Shown: positions 23,244 through 34,548 of the stretch, piece after piece
Numbering within the stretch: position 1 is the first letter of the stretch
How the letters are laid out: every line of letters starts with the position of its first letter
DNA from: an uncultured Gammaproteobacteria bacterium
GTDB taxonomy: Bacteria; Pseudomonadota; Gammaproteobacteria; UBA9214
DNA: 64,000 nt
Reading direction: 5' to 3'
Assembly (NCBI GenBank): GCA_963773065.1
Contig: CAVYZN010000016.1
Span: 1-64,000 of the forward strand
Translations under genes and position numbers: made by a program
The notes under the pieces: generated by a model
What the model saw: only the letters and a program-made list of their open reading frames with translations
Told to the model about the DNA's origin: nothing
Database searches by the model: none

Positions 23244-23918
23244 ATGGCGTTTGTGATCGTCGACAGACTGCGTAAAGTCTATCAATCCCATGGTACGAGC
23301 CAGGTGGTTTTCGACGCGCTCTCCTTCACGCTCGACCGGGGGGAGGTGGTGGCTCTGCTCGGCGAGAGCGGGAGCGGCAAGACGACGCTGCTCAATCTGA
23401 TGAGCGGCATCGACACTCCGGATGCGGGCACCGTCCTATTCGACGGTGTGGCGGTCCATGGCCTGGGTGAACCCGCGCGCACCCTGTTGCGGCGCGAGCG
23501 GATCGGCTTCGTGTTTCAGTTCTTCAATCTCATCCCGACACTGACCGTGGCGGAGAACATCGCGCTGCCGTTGCAACTGCTGGGTCGGTCCCCTCAGACC
23601 GCCCATGAGCAGGTTGCCCGGCTGCTGGCGGAGACGGGACTGGCGGGGGCGGGGGAGCGCTATCCCGAAACCCTCTCGGGCGGGGAGCAGCAACGCGCCG
23701 CCATCGCCCGGGCGCTGGTCCACGAACCGGCCCTGCTGCTCGCCGACGAGCCCACCGGGAATCTCGATGAAAAGACCGCCCGGCGCATCATCGAACTGCT
23801 GACGGGACTGGTCCGCCGCAAGGGCGCCACCCTGTTGCTGGTCACGCACAGCGAGGCGGTGGCCCGCTCCGCCGACCGCATCCTGTCGCTGCGCCACGGG
23901 CAGGTGACGGCGGTCTGA
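23244..23918 (+). CDS. ABC transporter ATP-binding protein (LolD/MacB type)
   Basis: GESGSGKT, IGFVFQFFNLIP, LSGGEQQR, LLADEPTGNLD. Confidence 0.93.
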   Translation: MAFVIVDRLRKVYQSHGTSQVVFDALSFTLDRGEVVALLGESGSGKTTLLNLMSGIDTPDAGTVLFDGVAVHGLGEPARTLLRRERIGFVFQFFNLIPTLTVAENIALPLQLLGRSPQTAHEQVARLLAETGLAGAGERYPETLSGGEQQRAAIARALVHEPALLLADEPTGNLDEKTARRIIELLTGLVRRKGATLLLVTHSEAVARSADRILSLRHGQVTAV

Positions 23919-26433
23919 TGCTGCGGCGCGCCTTTCCGTCCCTGCTGCTGCGCGCCGGCTTGCGCTATTTGCTGCGCCACCGCTGGCAGGGCATGCTCGC
24001 GCTGACGGGCATTGCGCTGGGCGTGGCGGTGGTGCTCGCCGTGGACCTGGCCAACCGTGGCGCCCGGGCCGCCTTCGAGCTTTCCGCCGCGCAACTGCAG
24101 GGCGCGGCCACCCACCGGCTGATCGCCGCCGACGGGACACTGCCCGAATCCCTCTATGTTGCGTTACGACGCCAGCCGGGACACCCGCCCATGGCGCCGG
24201 TGGTGACGGACTGGGTGCGGGTGGCGGGACAGGCGGGCCGTTACCGGCTGGTCGGTCTGGACCTGTTTGCGGAAGGCCCGTTCCGCGGCCGGCTCGCGGC
24301 GGTCGCGCAGCGGCGGGATTTCATCGGCGACTGGCTCACCCGTCCCGATGCGCTGGTGCTCGGCGCCGCCACCGCCCGGCAATTCGGCGTCGCGGCGGGC
24401 GACCCGCTGCAGATTGCTTACCGGGACCGGTTGTCCGCGCTGCGCCTCCTGGCCATCGACCCGGCCGTCGTCGCCGGCGGCGAGGACCTGTTGCTGGTGG
24501 ATATCGCCACCGCCCAGTCCGTGCTGGGTCTGGCCGGGCGTCTCAGCCATGTGGACCTGATCCTGGATGCCGCCGCTGAGCAATGGCTGCGGGAACGCCT
24601 CCCTGAAGGCGTGCAGCTCGTGACGGTGGCCGAGGACGCGGCGGGCGTGACCCGTCTGTCCGCCGCCTTCGAACTCAACCTGACGGCCATGAGCCTGCTG
24701 GCCCTGCTGGTGGGGATGTTCCTGATCTTCAACGCCATGAGCTTCTCCATCGTGCAGCGGCGCAGCCTGCTGGGTCGTTTGCGCGCCGTCGGGGTGACGC
24801 CGCGAGAATTGTTCCTGCTCATCCTGGCGGAGGCGGCGATCCTCGGAGTGCTGGGTACGGTGGTGGGATTGCTGCTGGGCGTCTGGCTGGGGGAGGGGCT
24901 GACGCGCCTGGTCGCCGCGACGGTGAGCGAGCTTTACTACGAGGTGAGCGTGGCGGCACTGCATCTTGAGCCCGTGGCGTTCCTCAAGGCGGGCGGTCTG
25001 GGTTTGGCGGCCACGCTGGCCGCGAGCCTGGTGCCGGCGCGGCAGGCCGCCTGGACGCCGCCGCTCACCACGCTCTCGCGCGCGGCGCTGGAGCAGGCCA
25101 CGCAACGCCGGTTGCCCTGGCTGGCGGGGCTGGGACTGGCGGCGCTGGTGTGCGGCCTGACGCGTTGCCCTGGTCTTGCCGGGCGGGGTGATGACGGGTT
25201 TCTGCGGTCTGTTTCTGCTCGTGCTCGGCGCCGCCCTGATCACCCCGCCGCTGCTGCACGGGCTGCATCGGCTGCTCGCCGCACGGTTGCCGGCCGGCAT
25301 CCTGGGCATGGGTGTGCGCAACCTGGACCGGCACCTCTCCCGCCTGGGGATCGCCATCGCCGCCCTGATGGTGGCCCTGTCCGCCGGCGTCGGTGTGGGC
25401 GTGATGGTGGACAGCATGCGCGGCGCCGTTGCCACCTGGCTGAACGATCTGCTGCGCGCCGATCTCTACGTGGCGGCCGCCGGTTTCCGGGAGGGCGAGA
25501 CCCTGCCCGCCGCGGTGGTTGCGGAAGTCGCGACGCTGCCTGGCGTTGCGGCGGTGAGCCGCTACCGCCAGCGCACCCTGCGGCTGCCTGAAACGGCAGG
25601 TGACACTGATCGGCGCCCATCTGGCGGCGCCCTCGCGCCGGGGTTTCGAACTGCTTGCGGGCGGCGACGCCCCGGTGTGGGACGCGTTCGACCGCGGCGG
25701 GCTGCTGGTATCGGAACCCCTGGCCTACCACCTCGGTCTGGCGCGTGGCGATCATCTGCGCCTGCCGACGCCCGCGGGGTGGCGTGATTTCACCGTCGCC
25801 GGTGTCTTCCGGGACTATGCCAGTGAACACGGCCGCATCTTTCTGGAGGAGGCCGCCTACCGGCGGTATTGGTCGGACCCGGCGGTGAACACCCTGGCGC
25901 TGTTTGCCGCCGGCGGCGATGCGGCCGGCCTGCGCCGCGAGGTGAGCGAGGCTTTCGCCGAGCGTTACCGGCTGGTGTTGACGCCGGCCCGCGCCATCCT
26001 GGCCGAATCCCTGGCCGTATTCGATCGCACCTTTCGCATCACCCGGGTGTTGCGCGCCCTGTTGCTCAGCGTGGCCTTCATCGGCGTGTTGAGCGCGCTG
26101 ATGGCGTTGCAACTGGAGCGCAGCAAGGAGTATGCGGTGTTGCGCGCGCTGGGCTTGACACGCGCGCAGATCGCCGGGCTCATCACCGGCGAGTCGCTGG
26201 TCATCGGTCTGGTTGCCGGCGGTATCGCCATCCCGACCGGACTGCTCATGGCCTGGGTGCTGATCGAATCCGTGCAGCGCCGCGCCTTCGGCTGGACCAT
26301 GCCCTTTGACGTGGATGCCGGGCTGCTGGCACAGGCCGTGCTCGTCGGTCTGCTGGCCGCGGCGGCGGCCGCGATCTACCCGGCCTGGCGCTCGTCCCGG
26401 CGGGATCCGGCGCCGCTGCTGCGGGAAGACTGA
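23918..26433 (+). CDS. FtsX-like ABC permease with two permease repeats, frameshifted
   Basis: GIALGVAVVLAVDLAN, AFELNLTAMSLLALLVGMFLIFN, VFDRTFRIT, VQRRAFGWTM, LRED; three ORF pieces. Confidence 0.88.
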
Positions 26434-26435
26434 GC

Positions 26436-27557
26436 ATGCGCCTGCTGCCGCTCCTGGTGCTTGTCCTCCTGCTGTCGGCCTGTGAGGGAGAGGCCCCGCC
26501 GATGGCTGCGTCCGTGCCGGTCGATCGCGTGCTGGGCACTGAACCCGATCCGGGCTTCGCGCGCGCCAGGGCGCCGGCCGTGTTGCAGTTCCCCGCGGAT
26601 CACGGTCCGCATGACGATTTCGCCACCGAGTGGTGGTATCTGAGCGGTAACTTGTACACGCCCGGCGGGCGGCGTTTCGGTTACCAGTTCACGCTGTTTC
26701 GCATCGGCCTGCGCCCCGGCGCGCCGGCGGCTGATTCGCGCTGGCGCAGCAACCAGATCTACATGGGACATGGCGCGATCACCGACGTGGCGGGCGGGCG
26801 GCATTATTCGGCGCAACGCCTCTCGCGCGCGGCGCTCGGCCTGGCGGGCGCCGTGTCGCAGCCGCTGGCGATCTGGCTGGAGTCCTGGTCATTGCGCGGT
26901 GGCGGCGCTCCGTTTCCGCTCGCGCTGTCCGCCGAGGCAGAGGACTTCGGGATTGCCCTGAATCTGGCGGCCGGTGAAAAACCGCTCATCCTGCAGGGCG
27001 AACAGGGCTTGTCGCGCAAGAGCGCCACACCCGGCAATGCGTCTTACTATTACTCTTTTACCCGTCTGCCGACCACGGGAACGCTGCGCGTGGGCGCAAC
27101 GAACTACCGGGTAAGCGGCGAGTCCTGGCTGGACCACGAATGGTCCAGTTCGGCGCTGGACGACGACCAGGCCGGCTGGGACTGGTTTGCGCTGCAACTG
27201 GACGATGGCCGGGAGCTGATGTTCTACCGGCTGCGTTACCGCGACGGCGGCATGCATCCCTTACAGCCGGGGCAGCCTGGTGCTGCCGGATGGCAGTTCC
27301 CGCGGCCTGACGCCGGCGCTCGTCACGCTCACGCCGGAGCGTTACTGGAAAGCCCCGGACGGCGCCCGCTATCCGGTGGCATGGCGGCTGGCGGTGCCCG
27401 GGGAGGGCCTGGACCTGCGCGTGCGGGCGGTGCTGGACGACCAGTTGCTGGATCATACGGTCCGTTACTGGGAGGGGGCCGTGGATGTCACCGGCAGCCA
27501 CACCGGCAAGGGTTACCTCGAACTGAGCGGCTACACGCATCACACGGGGACAGGTGA
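26436..27557 (+). CDS. Lipocalin-like CrtC/AttH-family lipoprotein, frameshift near 27260
   Basis: Lipobox LSAC; FPADHGPH..FATEWWY, GYQFTLFR, ASYYYSFTRL, WLDHEWSS, GWDWF, YWEGAV, GYLELSGY; end approximate. Confidence 0.85.
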   Translation: MRLLPLLVLVLLLSACEGEAPPMAASVPVDRVLGTEPDPGFARARAPAVLQFPADHGPHDDFATEWWYLSGNLYTPGGRRFGYQFTLFRIGLRPGAPAADSRWRSNQIYMGHGAITDVAGGRHYSAQRLSRAALGLAGAVSQPLAIWLESWSLRGGGAPFPLALSAEAEDFGIALNLAAGEKPLILQGEQGLSRKSATPGNASYYYSFTRLPTTGTLRVGATNYRVSGESWLDHEWSSSALDDDQAGWDWFALQLDDGRELMFYRLRYRDGGMHPLQPGQPGAAGWQFPRPDAGARHAHAGALLESPGRRPLSGGMAAGGARGGPGPARAGGAGRPVAGSYGPLLGGGRGCHRQPHRQGLPRTERLHASHGDR

Positions 27558-27579
27558 CGCAAGGGTGTGGAAAACCCTC

Positions 27580-28480
27580 ATCCCAGTAAGGGCGGTCACC
27601 GAAGCGTCCCGCCAGAAAATCCGAGAAGACCTGGATGCGCCGGGGCAGCATGCGACCCGGCGGGTAGACGGCGTAGATTCCGACAGCGGGTCGCCGGTAG
27701 TCATTCAGGATGCTGACCAGGCTGCCTTCCCTGAGATAACTGCCCAGGATGAAGGTGGGACCGGTCGTGATGCCCAGACCGGCGACGGCGGCACAGGCCA
27801 GGGCCTCGCCGTTGTTGGCGCGGATGCGGATCTGCGGCTGGGCGAAGACCGTCCTGCCCTCCGGTGTCTCGAATCGCCACTGCTGCCGGTAGCCGATGTT
27901 GCTGTACTGCAGGCCGATATGCCGCCGCAGATTCATCCGGGTGCGCCGGTTCCCCGTGGCGATCGAGGTAGGCCCGGCTGGCGCAGGTCACGGCGCGCGA
28001 GATCCCCAGGCGGCGCGCCACCAGCGTGGAATCCTGCAGTTCCCCGATTCTGACCGCCAGATCGAAACCCTCCTCGACCAGGTTGATGTTGCGGTCATTG
28101 AGGTCCAGGTTGAGTTCGATGGCGGGATGTGTGTCGAGAAAGTCCGTGATGGCGCCGGAGAGATGCTTGAGGCCGAAGGTGAGCGGTGCGGCCAGTTTGA
28201 TGGCACCGCGTAATTCGGTGGTCTCGGCGGCTACGCTCTGCTCCGCCTCATCGAGCTCCGCGAGGATCTGCAGCGCGCGCTGGTAAAAGTTTCTGCCGGC
28301 ATCCGTCAACGTCAGGCGCCGCGTGGTGCGATGCAGCAGCCGGCTGCCCAGACGGCTCTCCATCTGGCTGATACGCCGGCTGACCATCGATTTCGCCACG
28401 CCGAGTCGCTCGCCGGCGGCATTGAAGGTACCCGCCTCCACGACCGCGACCAAGGCTTCCAGGTCCGCGAATTTGCCCAT
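27580..28480 (-). CDS. LysR-family transcriptional regulator, frameshifted; 3' end approximate
   Basis: AVVEAGTFNAAGERLG, LLHRTTRRLTLT, NLVEEGFDLAVRIG, ANNGEAL, PYWD; divergent from pirin. Confidence 0.9.
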
Positions 28481-28646
28481 ATTGTTGCTAAATATAGAAC
28501 AATAAAGTTTCTCAAATGTCTGTTTATCAATTTATTCGCAACAGCCATGCTTACATCACCCGGTGCGGAGAGGTACTGCACACGTACTACCTGAGGAGAA
28601 CACCATGACGACATCCGACAGACTCCTCGACAGAGGAGAAACAGAA

Positions 28647-29529
28647 ATGAATACAGCAATACCCGGAAAGAACCCCGCGTGGAGAAGCGTCTCACGCATC
28701 ATCAAGGGCATGCCGGCCACCGACGGGGCCGGTGTGGAACTCACCCGGGTCATCGGCCAGCCGGCGTTGCCCATGCTCGATCCCTTCCTGCTGCTGGATG
28801 CCTTCCGCTCCGACAGGCCCGAAGACTATATCGCCGGGTTCCCGTCGCACCCGCATCGCGGCTTCGAGACGGTCACCTATCTGCTCGCCGGGCGCATGCG
28901 TCACCGGGACAACGCGGGCCATGAGGGCGTCATCGAGCCCGGCGGCATCCAGTGGATGACGGCCGGCAGGGGCATCGTGCATTCGGAAATGCCGGAACAG
29001 GCAAATGGTCTGCTCGAGGGTTTCCAGCTCTGGGTGAATTTGCCCGCCGCCCACAAGATGGATCGACCCGGCTACCAGGAATACCCGGCGGAACAGTATT
29101 CCCCTGGAATCACGGGAGGGGGGTGTCGAAGTTCGGGTCATTACCGGGGTGACGTCGCAAGGCACCCGGGGACCGGTAGTCCAGCCCTTGACCGAGCCCC
29201 TCTACCTGGATGTCCGGGTGCCGGCCGGCCGGGAATTCATCGAGCGGTTGCCGGCGGCGCATAATGCCTTCGTCTATGTCATCCAGGGACCGGTGTCTGC
29301 CCGGGATGTGGATGGCCGGGCGGTGCAACTGCGTCGTGATGACCTGGGGGTGCTATCCCGTGGCGATACCGTCAGGTTTGAGGCCGGGGAAGAAGACGTG
29401 CGTTTCCTGGTCGTGGCCGGCAGGCCCCTCAATGAGCCGGTAGCCCGCAGCGGTCCCTTCGTGATGAACACCAAGGCCGAGATCCAGCAGGCCTTCGAGG
29501 ATTATGGGCAGGGAGGTTTTCTGTGGTAA
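28647..29529 (+). CDS. Pirin family protein, frameshift near 29100-29130
   Basis: DGAGV, LDPFLLLD, HPHRGFETVTY, QWMTAGRGIVHSEMP, GPFVMNT. Confidence 0.93.
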
Positions 29530-29774
29530 ATGGCGACGTACTAAACCATCGCCGATTGCCAGTTACCAGCGTTGTCGCACGATTTCATTGCCATGTGCAA
29601 AGCCGGCGCAATTCCGGTAACTTCTTGTCCCCGGATCGCCTGGTTCATCGTCTGGCCACCGCTGGTCGGTGATCGATTGCCGGAGGGTAACCCAGCCGAT
29701 CCTGTAGTAGGATCTATCCTTAGACCCGGGGGGACCTTTGAAGATACCAGACAACGGCGCCGACGAGCATCGTC

Positions 29775-31400
29775 GTGCGGCATTTCCGGCAGATCCTGCT
29801 GTGGCCGCTGCAGCTCATGCCCATTCAGGAAAATGCGCAGACCCAGAAACCCTGGGAAGTGCTTGAACAGATGGGGACGGCCAATCCCTGGCGCGAACTT
29901 TCCTCCGAGTTCAGCGGCGATCAGACGAAATTCCAGCGGCGGCACTACATCGAATTTGTCACTTTTCTGCCCAAGGTTCAGCGCTTCCTGTATGGCGAGG
30001 GCCTGGGGGGCGAGCGGGATGCCTGGCACTCGGAATCGCCGGTGCGCGTGTTCCGGCGCAATGACATCGCCAGGGCGAGGATTACCTACCAGCGTGACCA
30101 GCCTCCCGTACTCTTCAACGTCGGGCATGTGGAACTGTACTTCTTCTACGACATGGAGGTCATCCTGCTGGCCGTGGAGATCTTCGCCGACGATCTCAGC
30201 CTGCACCAGGTCCAGCATACCCTGTATGGCTTCGGGCGCGCCTATCCGCTCGACTGGGAGCCGGGAGGCGCGGGGAGCCACTGCCTGGATCGGGTCGAGT
30301 GGCTTAACGCAGATGAGGAGATCCTCGCCGCCTCCGATTATGAAAAGGAAGAGCGGTATCTCGCGTTCGTCGCCCGGCATCGGGCGCCCCATATCGCCTC
30401 ACACTGGGAATACCTGCTCCGGCCGCTGGCGCTGCATTACTCGAGCACGGCGGAACTGATCCGCTACCGGCAGATCGAATTCCACCGCATGCCGCTGATC
30501 GCCTATATCGCCATCGATGACCCCGTAGCTCTCAAGCGCGCCGACTTCATCCGCCTGGGGCTGGCGGCCGCACCGGGTAGCGGCGATGTGCTGCCGTACT
30601 CCGAGCGTTACCTGCGCGGCTTCGAACGCCGCTACTGTTACGACCGCTATTGGTGTCCCGGGGTCAACGGACTGAACACCCGTTTCATCTGCACCGGGCC
30701 GACGCTGATCGTGATCGGCAGCGCCAGGCAGTCCAGTTTCGTCGATGGTGAGACCGGCATCCTCGGGCAGTTCCGGCACCAGTATTTTCTGCTCTTCCTG
30801 GTCGCGCACTTTCACCGGGCGGCGCTGCTGATGTTCTCCAACCGTCTGGTCAACGCGCTGAACAGGCTCGATATCCAGAACACCGACGCCATCCGGCAAT
30901 TCAAGCGCACGATACGGCAGATCCTCGAGATCTTCCTGCGTTTCACCCACCGCTACTGGTTCCACGAGATCTCGGATCAGGCGCAGGCGAAGGAGCTGTT
31001 CCGCATGTGCGCGGACAACCTCGACACCGAGGAACTCTTCAACGAGGTGCGCGAAGAAGTCCAGGACATGAGCCACTACCTGGACAGCGATTCGTTGCGC
31101 CGCCAGTCGAATTCGATGCTTCGGCTGACCGTGGTCACGATCTTCGGCTTGATCGGGACCGTAGCCACGGGCTTCCTGGGCATGAACCTGATCGACGAAA
31201 CCAGAGCCTCCATCGCGGTGAAGCTGCTCTACTTTATGTTGGTCGCGTTGCCCACCGCGGCTATGACGCTGTATGCCGTGCTGCGGTCCCGCCGCCTGTC
31301 GGATTTCTTCGATGCCCTGTCTGACGAGCGGATGCCGGTGCGGGCCAAGTATGCGGCGCTGGCAAATGTCTTCCGCAGGCGTACCCGGCCGATCCGCTGA
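29775..31400 (+). CDS. Atypical CorA-like membrane protein with a large N-terminal soluble domain
   Basis: C-terminal two TM helices with LTVVTIFGLIGTVATGFLGMNL (GMN motif) after a long helical stalk; 541 aa; start approximate. Confidence 0.7.
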   Translation: MRHFRQILLWPLQLMPIQENAQTQKPWEVLEQMGTANPWRELSSEFSGDQTKFQRRHYIEFVTFLPKVQRFLYGEGLGGERDAWHSESPVRVFRRNDIARARITYQRDQPPVLFNVGHVELYFFYDMEVILLAVEIFADDLSLHQVQHTLYGFGRAYPLDWEPGGAGSHCLDRVEWLNADEEILAASDYEKEERYLAFVARHRAPHIASHWEYLLRPLALHYSSTAELIRYRQIEFHRMPLIAYIAIDDPVALKRADFIRLGLAAAPGSGDVLPYSERYLRGFERRYCYDRYWCPGVNGLNTRFICTGPTLIVIGSARQSSFVDGETGILGQFRHQYFLLFLVAHFHRAALLMFSNRLVNALNRLDIQNTDAIRQFKRTIRQILEIFLRFTHRYWFHEISDQAQAKELFRMCADNLDTEELFNEVREEVQDMSHYLDSDSLRRQSNSMLRLTVVTIFGLIGTVATGFLGMNLIDETRASIAVKLLYFMLVALPTAAMTLYAVLRSRRLSDFFDALSDERMPVRAKYAALANVFRRRTRPIR

Positions 31401-31405
31401 CGGGG

Positions 31406-32278
31406 ATGCAGAAGGTTGATTGCCAGATCCGCCTCGGTGATGGACGCCGTCTCGGTTATGCCGAATATGGTGATCCGGAGGGACAGCCGCTTTTTTACTG
31501 CCACGGGTTCCCGGCTTCCCGCCTCGAAGCCGCGCTTCTGGACCCGGCGGCCCGAAAGGTCGGGGTGCGCGTCATCGCGGCGGATCGGCCTGGCTGCGGG
31601 CTGTCGGATTTCAAGCCCGATCGCCGGATCGGTGACTGGCCGGGCGATGTGGTCGAATTGGCCGATGCCCTGGATATCGACCGCTTTTCCGTCGTGGGTG
31701 TGTCCGGCGGCGGGCCCTATGCGCTGGCCTGTGCCTGGAAAATACCGGAACGTCTGAAGGCGGCCGGTGTGGTCTGTGGCCTGGGTCCAGTCATTGAACC
31801 CTGGGCTACCAGGGACATGCAGTGGAATCGACGACTGGTATTCAGATTGGCCCGGCTGGCACCGTGGCTGCTGAGAATGATCTATGCAGGCGTGATTGAT
31901 CAGCTCATACGCCGGCGTCCGGCGGTGATCCTGTCGCTGCTGACGCGCACCCCCGTCTTGCCCGACCGACGGGTGCTTGATCGCCTGGATGTGAGAATAG
32001 CGCTGCTGGCTTCCATACAGGAGGCCGTGCGCAGTGGTCCGCGCGGCATCTTGTATGAACTATCCCTGTACACGCATGAATGGGATTTCAGACCGGAGGA
32101 GATTGTCATGACCGTCGACCTCTGGCATGGCGAGGCGGATCCCATCGTACCCGTGGTGCATGCGCGCGCACTGGTTGAAAGACTGCCTCGTGTCCGTCCC
32201 AGAATCCTGGCCGAGGAAGGTCATTTCTCGCTGCCCATAAACCACATGGAAAGCATTCTCCTGTCGTTGACGGGTTGA
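31406..32278 (+). CDS. Alpha/beta hydrolase
   Basis: YCHGFPASR, DRPGCGLS, nucleophile motif GVSGG, WHGEAD, EGHF. Confidence 0.92.
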   Translation: MQKVDCQIRLGDGRRLGYAEYGDPEGQPLFYCHGFPASRLEAALLDPAARKVGVRVIAADRPGCGLSDFKPDRRIGDWPGDVVELADALDIDRFSVVGVSGGGPYALACAWKIPERLKAAGVVCGLGPVIEPWATRDMQWNRRLVFRLARLAPWLLRMIYAGVIDQLIRRRPAVILSLLTRTPVLPDRRVLDRLDVRIALLASIQEAVRSGPRGILYELSLYTHEWDFRPEEIVMTVDLWHGEADPIVPVVHARALVERLPRVRPRILAEEGHFSLPINHMESILLSLTG

Positions 32279-32304
32279 CACCGGACCTGCTATTTCATGA
32301 TTTA

Positions 32305-32367
32305 AACGCCAAAACGCCAAGATTTTATCTTCGATTCCAACTATTTACTCATGGCGTCTTGGCGGTT
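32305..32367. repeat. 9-bp-period REP-like hairpin
   Basis: AACGCCAAAACGCCAAGA pairs with TCATGGCGTCTTGGCGGTT, downstream of the hydrolase gene. Confidence 0.65.
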
Positions 32368-32668
32368 CCATATGAATAAAACAGACCCTCCCTCATGCGC
32401 TGCTGGTCGCTAAGTTTCCGTCGATTATTTTTTCACCTGATACCAGTCGATCTGCCTGCCGATTCGGCTCTCTTGTCTCAAGAAGCCGATCGGTGCCGGT
32501 AACCCAGATACCGCGAAAAACTGCAGGAACCTGACCAGTCGCTACAGGCCAGGACATCACCAGCCGATAATGATTCTGTCCTATGTAATGTAATGACCGC
32601 GAGATATACCTCGCTGTCCAGGGGTAGTGTCAGGCGGTATCTAATGACGCTGCCATGGAGGAAACGCA

Positions 32669-32986
32669 ATGACCACCTACTATGCCGTTGATCACAAAGA
32701 CATATGGTTAGTGGATGGATCCAGCACGGGGAATGTTATCCACCTCCAGCTTCCATGTACTGCACGTGTCACCGCTAGGGAATGCTGGTTGCTGCTGGGC
32801 CAGAATGATATCCAAGGGGCGGCGGATAAATTGTCTGACATGCTGGAGCTGAACGACTGGGATCAACGCGCGGCGGATGACCCGCGGTTTATCTTCTTCC
32901 TGAAGCTGTCTGCCGCACGGCAGGGGATGCTCTCGTCGGATACCGTCAGGGAACTGGTCGCGCACATGCTGGCCATCGGGGATTGA
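32669..32986 (+). CDS. Hypothetical protein (105 aa)
   Basis: GGAGG Shine-Dalgarno before the ATG, protein-like composition, followed by a large palindrome. Confidence 0.6.
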   Translation: MTTYYAVDHKDIWLVDGSSTGNVIHLQLPCTARVTARECWLLLGQNDIQGAADKLSDMLELNDWDQRAADDPRFIFFLKLSAARQGMLSSDTVRELVAHMLAIGD

Positions 32987-33027
32987 CCCGCTAAGCAATC
33001 TCTGATGCGGCTATTCCGGTGCATCAA

Positions 33028-33067
33028 TCAAACGGAGACGGCGGCCATGGCCGCCGTCTCCGTTTGA
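33028..33067. terminator. Perfect 40-bp palindrome, probable terminator
   Basis: TCAAACGGAGACGGCGGCCA|TGGCCGCCGTCTCCGTTTGA. Confidence 0.6.
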
Positions 33068-33370
33068 GGTCTGGGTTCGGCAATAGGGCAGGATCATTGC
33101 AATTCACGGCAGTCCGGACATCGCTCGCCGATCCCTTGCGTCCACTCTATACTGGTATTCAGCATGTTGCCTGAGGGGCTGCGGTTGGTTAATCGGTACT
33201 TTGGCCTTTTGCCAGGCATACCCTTCGCCATGTGTGAGGCTTGAGATACAGCCCTATCGGGACATGGAGACAGGCTAGCTGTCGCGGACTGTTCAAGCGC
33301 GGTTTCAACCTGTAACTGATTGCGGATTGGCTTGATTGCCGCGTACCGCAGCAGACAAGAGAATAATCAC

Positions 33371-34330
33371 ATGCATATACACGAGCTTGAGCACTGGCAG
33401 CATGCCCATGACTTTTCGGTGCTGCATGAGCATGGGGAAAGACGTACGCTGCAGGTACTCATACTCACAGCCACCATGATGGTTGTCGAGGTCGTTGCCG
33501 GCATCATCTATGGGTCAATGGCACTGCTGGCCGATGGCTGGCATATGGGCACCCATGCCGCTGCCTTCATGATCACCATCTTTGCTTACCGTTATGCCAA
33601 AAAAAACGCTGCCAGTCCGGCGTTCGCATTCGGTACCGGCAAGGTGAGTGTGCTGGGGGGGTTTGCCAGCGCCGTGACCCTGGCCGTCATTGCCCTGGTC
33701 ATGCTGACCGAATCGGTACAACGTCTGTTCAATCCGCATGTCATCCATTTCAATGAGGCGATCGGTGTCGCGTTGCTTGGATTGTCCATCAATATTATCA
33801 GCGCCTTTCTGTTACAGGACCATCACGGCCATGAGGCCCATGATGACCATGATCATGACAGTCATCATCACCATGACCACAATCTGAGGGCGGCCTACCT
33901 GCACGTACTGGCGGATGCGCTGACGTCCGTGCTCGCCATCATCGCCTTGGTATCGGGTAAGTATTTTGGCTGGAACTGGCTCGATCCGGTCATGGGTATA
34001 GTCGGCGCGGCCGTTATTACCCGCTGGTCATACGGGCTATTGAAGGAAACGGGTCCGGTATTGTTGGATGAAAGCATCGATGAACAATACAAGTCGCACA
34101 TCAAGCAAAGGATAGAGAATGATGCGGACAATGGCGTAACGGACCTGCATGTTTGGAGGGTCGGGCCGGCTCACTACGCGGTCATCCTGTCACTGGTTAC
34201 GCAATACCCGAGGCCGCCGGAGCATTACAAGGCGCTATTGGACGATCTGGACCGGCTTTCCCACGTCACTATTGAGGTAAATCATTGCGCGGGTGGGCCC
34301 TGTGTTGTGCCAGGAACAAAAATCGCCTGA
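33371..34330 (+). CDS. dmeF: CDF-family Co(II)/Ni(II) efflux transporter
   Basis: GSMALLADGWHMGTH, FAFGTGKV, His-rich loop, HNLRAAYLHVLADALTS, DLHVWRVGP. Confidence 0.88.
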   Translation: MHIHELEHWQHAHDFSVLHEHGERRTLQVLILTATMMVVEVVAGIIYGSMALLADGWHMGTHAAAFMITIFAYRYAKKNAASPAFAFGTGKVSVLGGFASAVTLAVIALVMLTESVQRLFNPHVIHFNEAIGVALLGLSINIISAFLLQDHHGHEAHDDHDHDSHHHHDHNLRAAYLHVLADALTSVLAIIALVSGKYFGWNWLDPVMGIVGAAVITRWSYGLLKETGPVLLDESIDEQYKSHIKQRIENDADNGVTDLHVWRVGPAHYAVILSLVTQYPRPPEHYKALLDDLDRLSHVTIEVNHCAGGPCVVPGTKIA

Positions 34331-34442
34331 CCAGATATTGCCGCCGCAGAAACGTTGTGGGCTTTGATAATGTTGGCTTATTTTCGTATCGTGCTTTATG
34401 GCCCGAGAACGAAAGACCACTTTCACTGATTTGAGTCAAACA

Positions 34443-34514
34443 TTATATTGATATAAATATCAATATAAATAAATATCAGTCAATAATTGATAAATATATC
34501 AATAATTGATATAT
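34443..34514. promoter_or_regulatory. AT-rich operator array upstream of the HipBA-like operon
   Basis: Inverted repeats TTATATTGATAT-AA-ATATCAATATAA (34443-34468), TCAATAATTGA (34480-34490) and ATATATCAAT-A-ATTGATATAT (34494-34514). Confidence 0.7.
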
Positions 34515-34548
34515 ATTACATATCACTTGATTAGTACATCAAAATTTT

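Noticed and set aside
33095-33300. Short minus-strand ORF ending in CPDC, upstream of dmeF
   Set aside because: Under 50 aa, no clear RBS or family; an alternative frame is equally open
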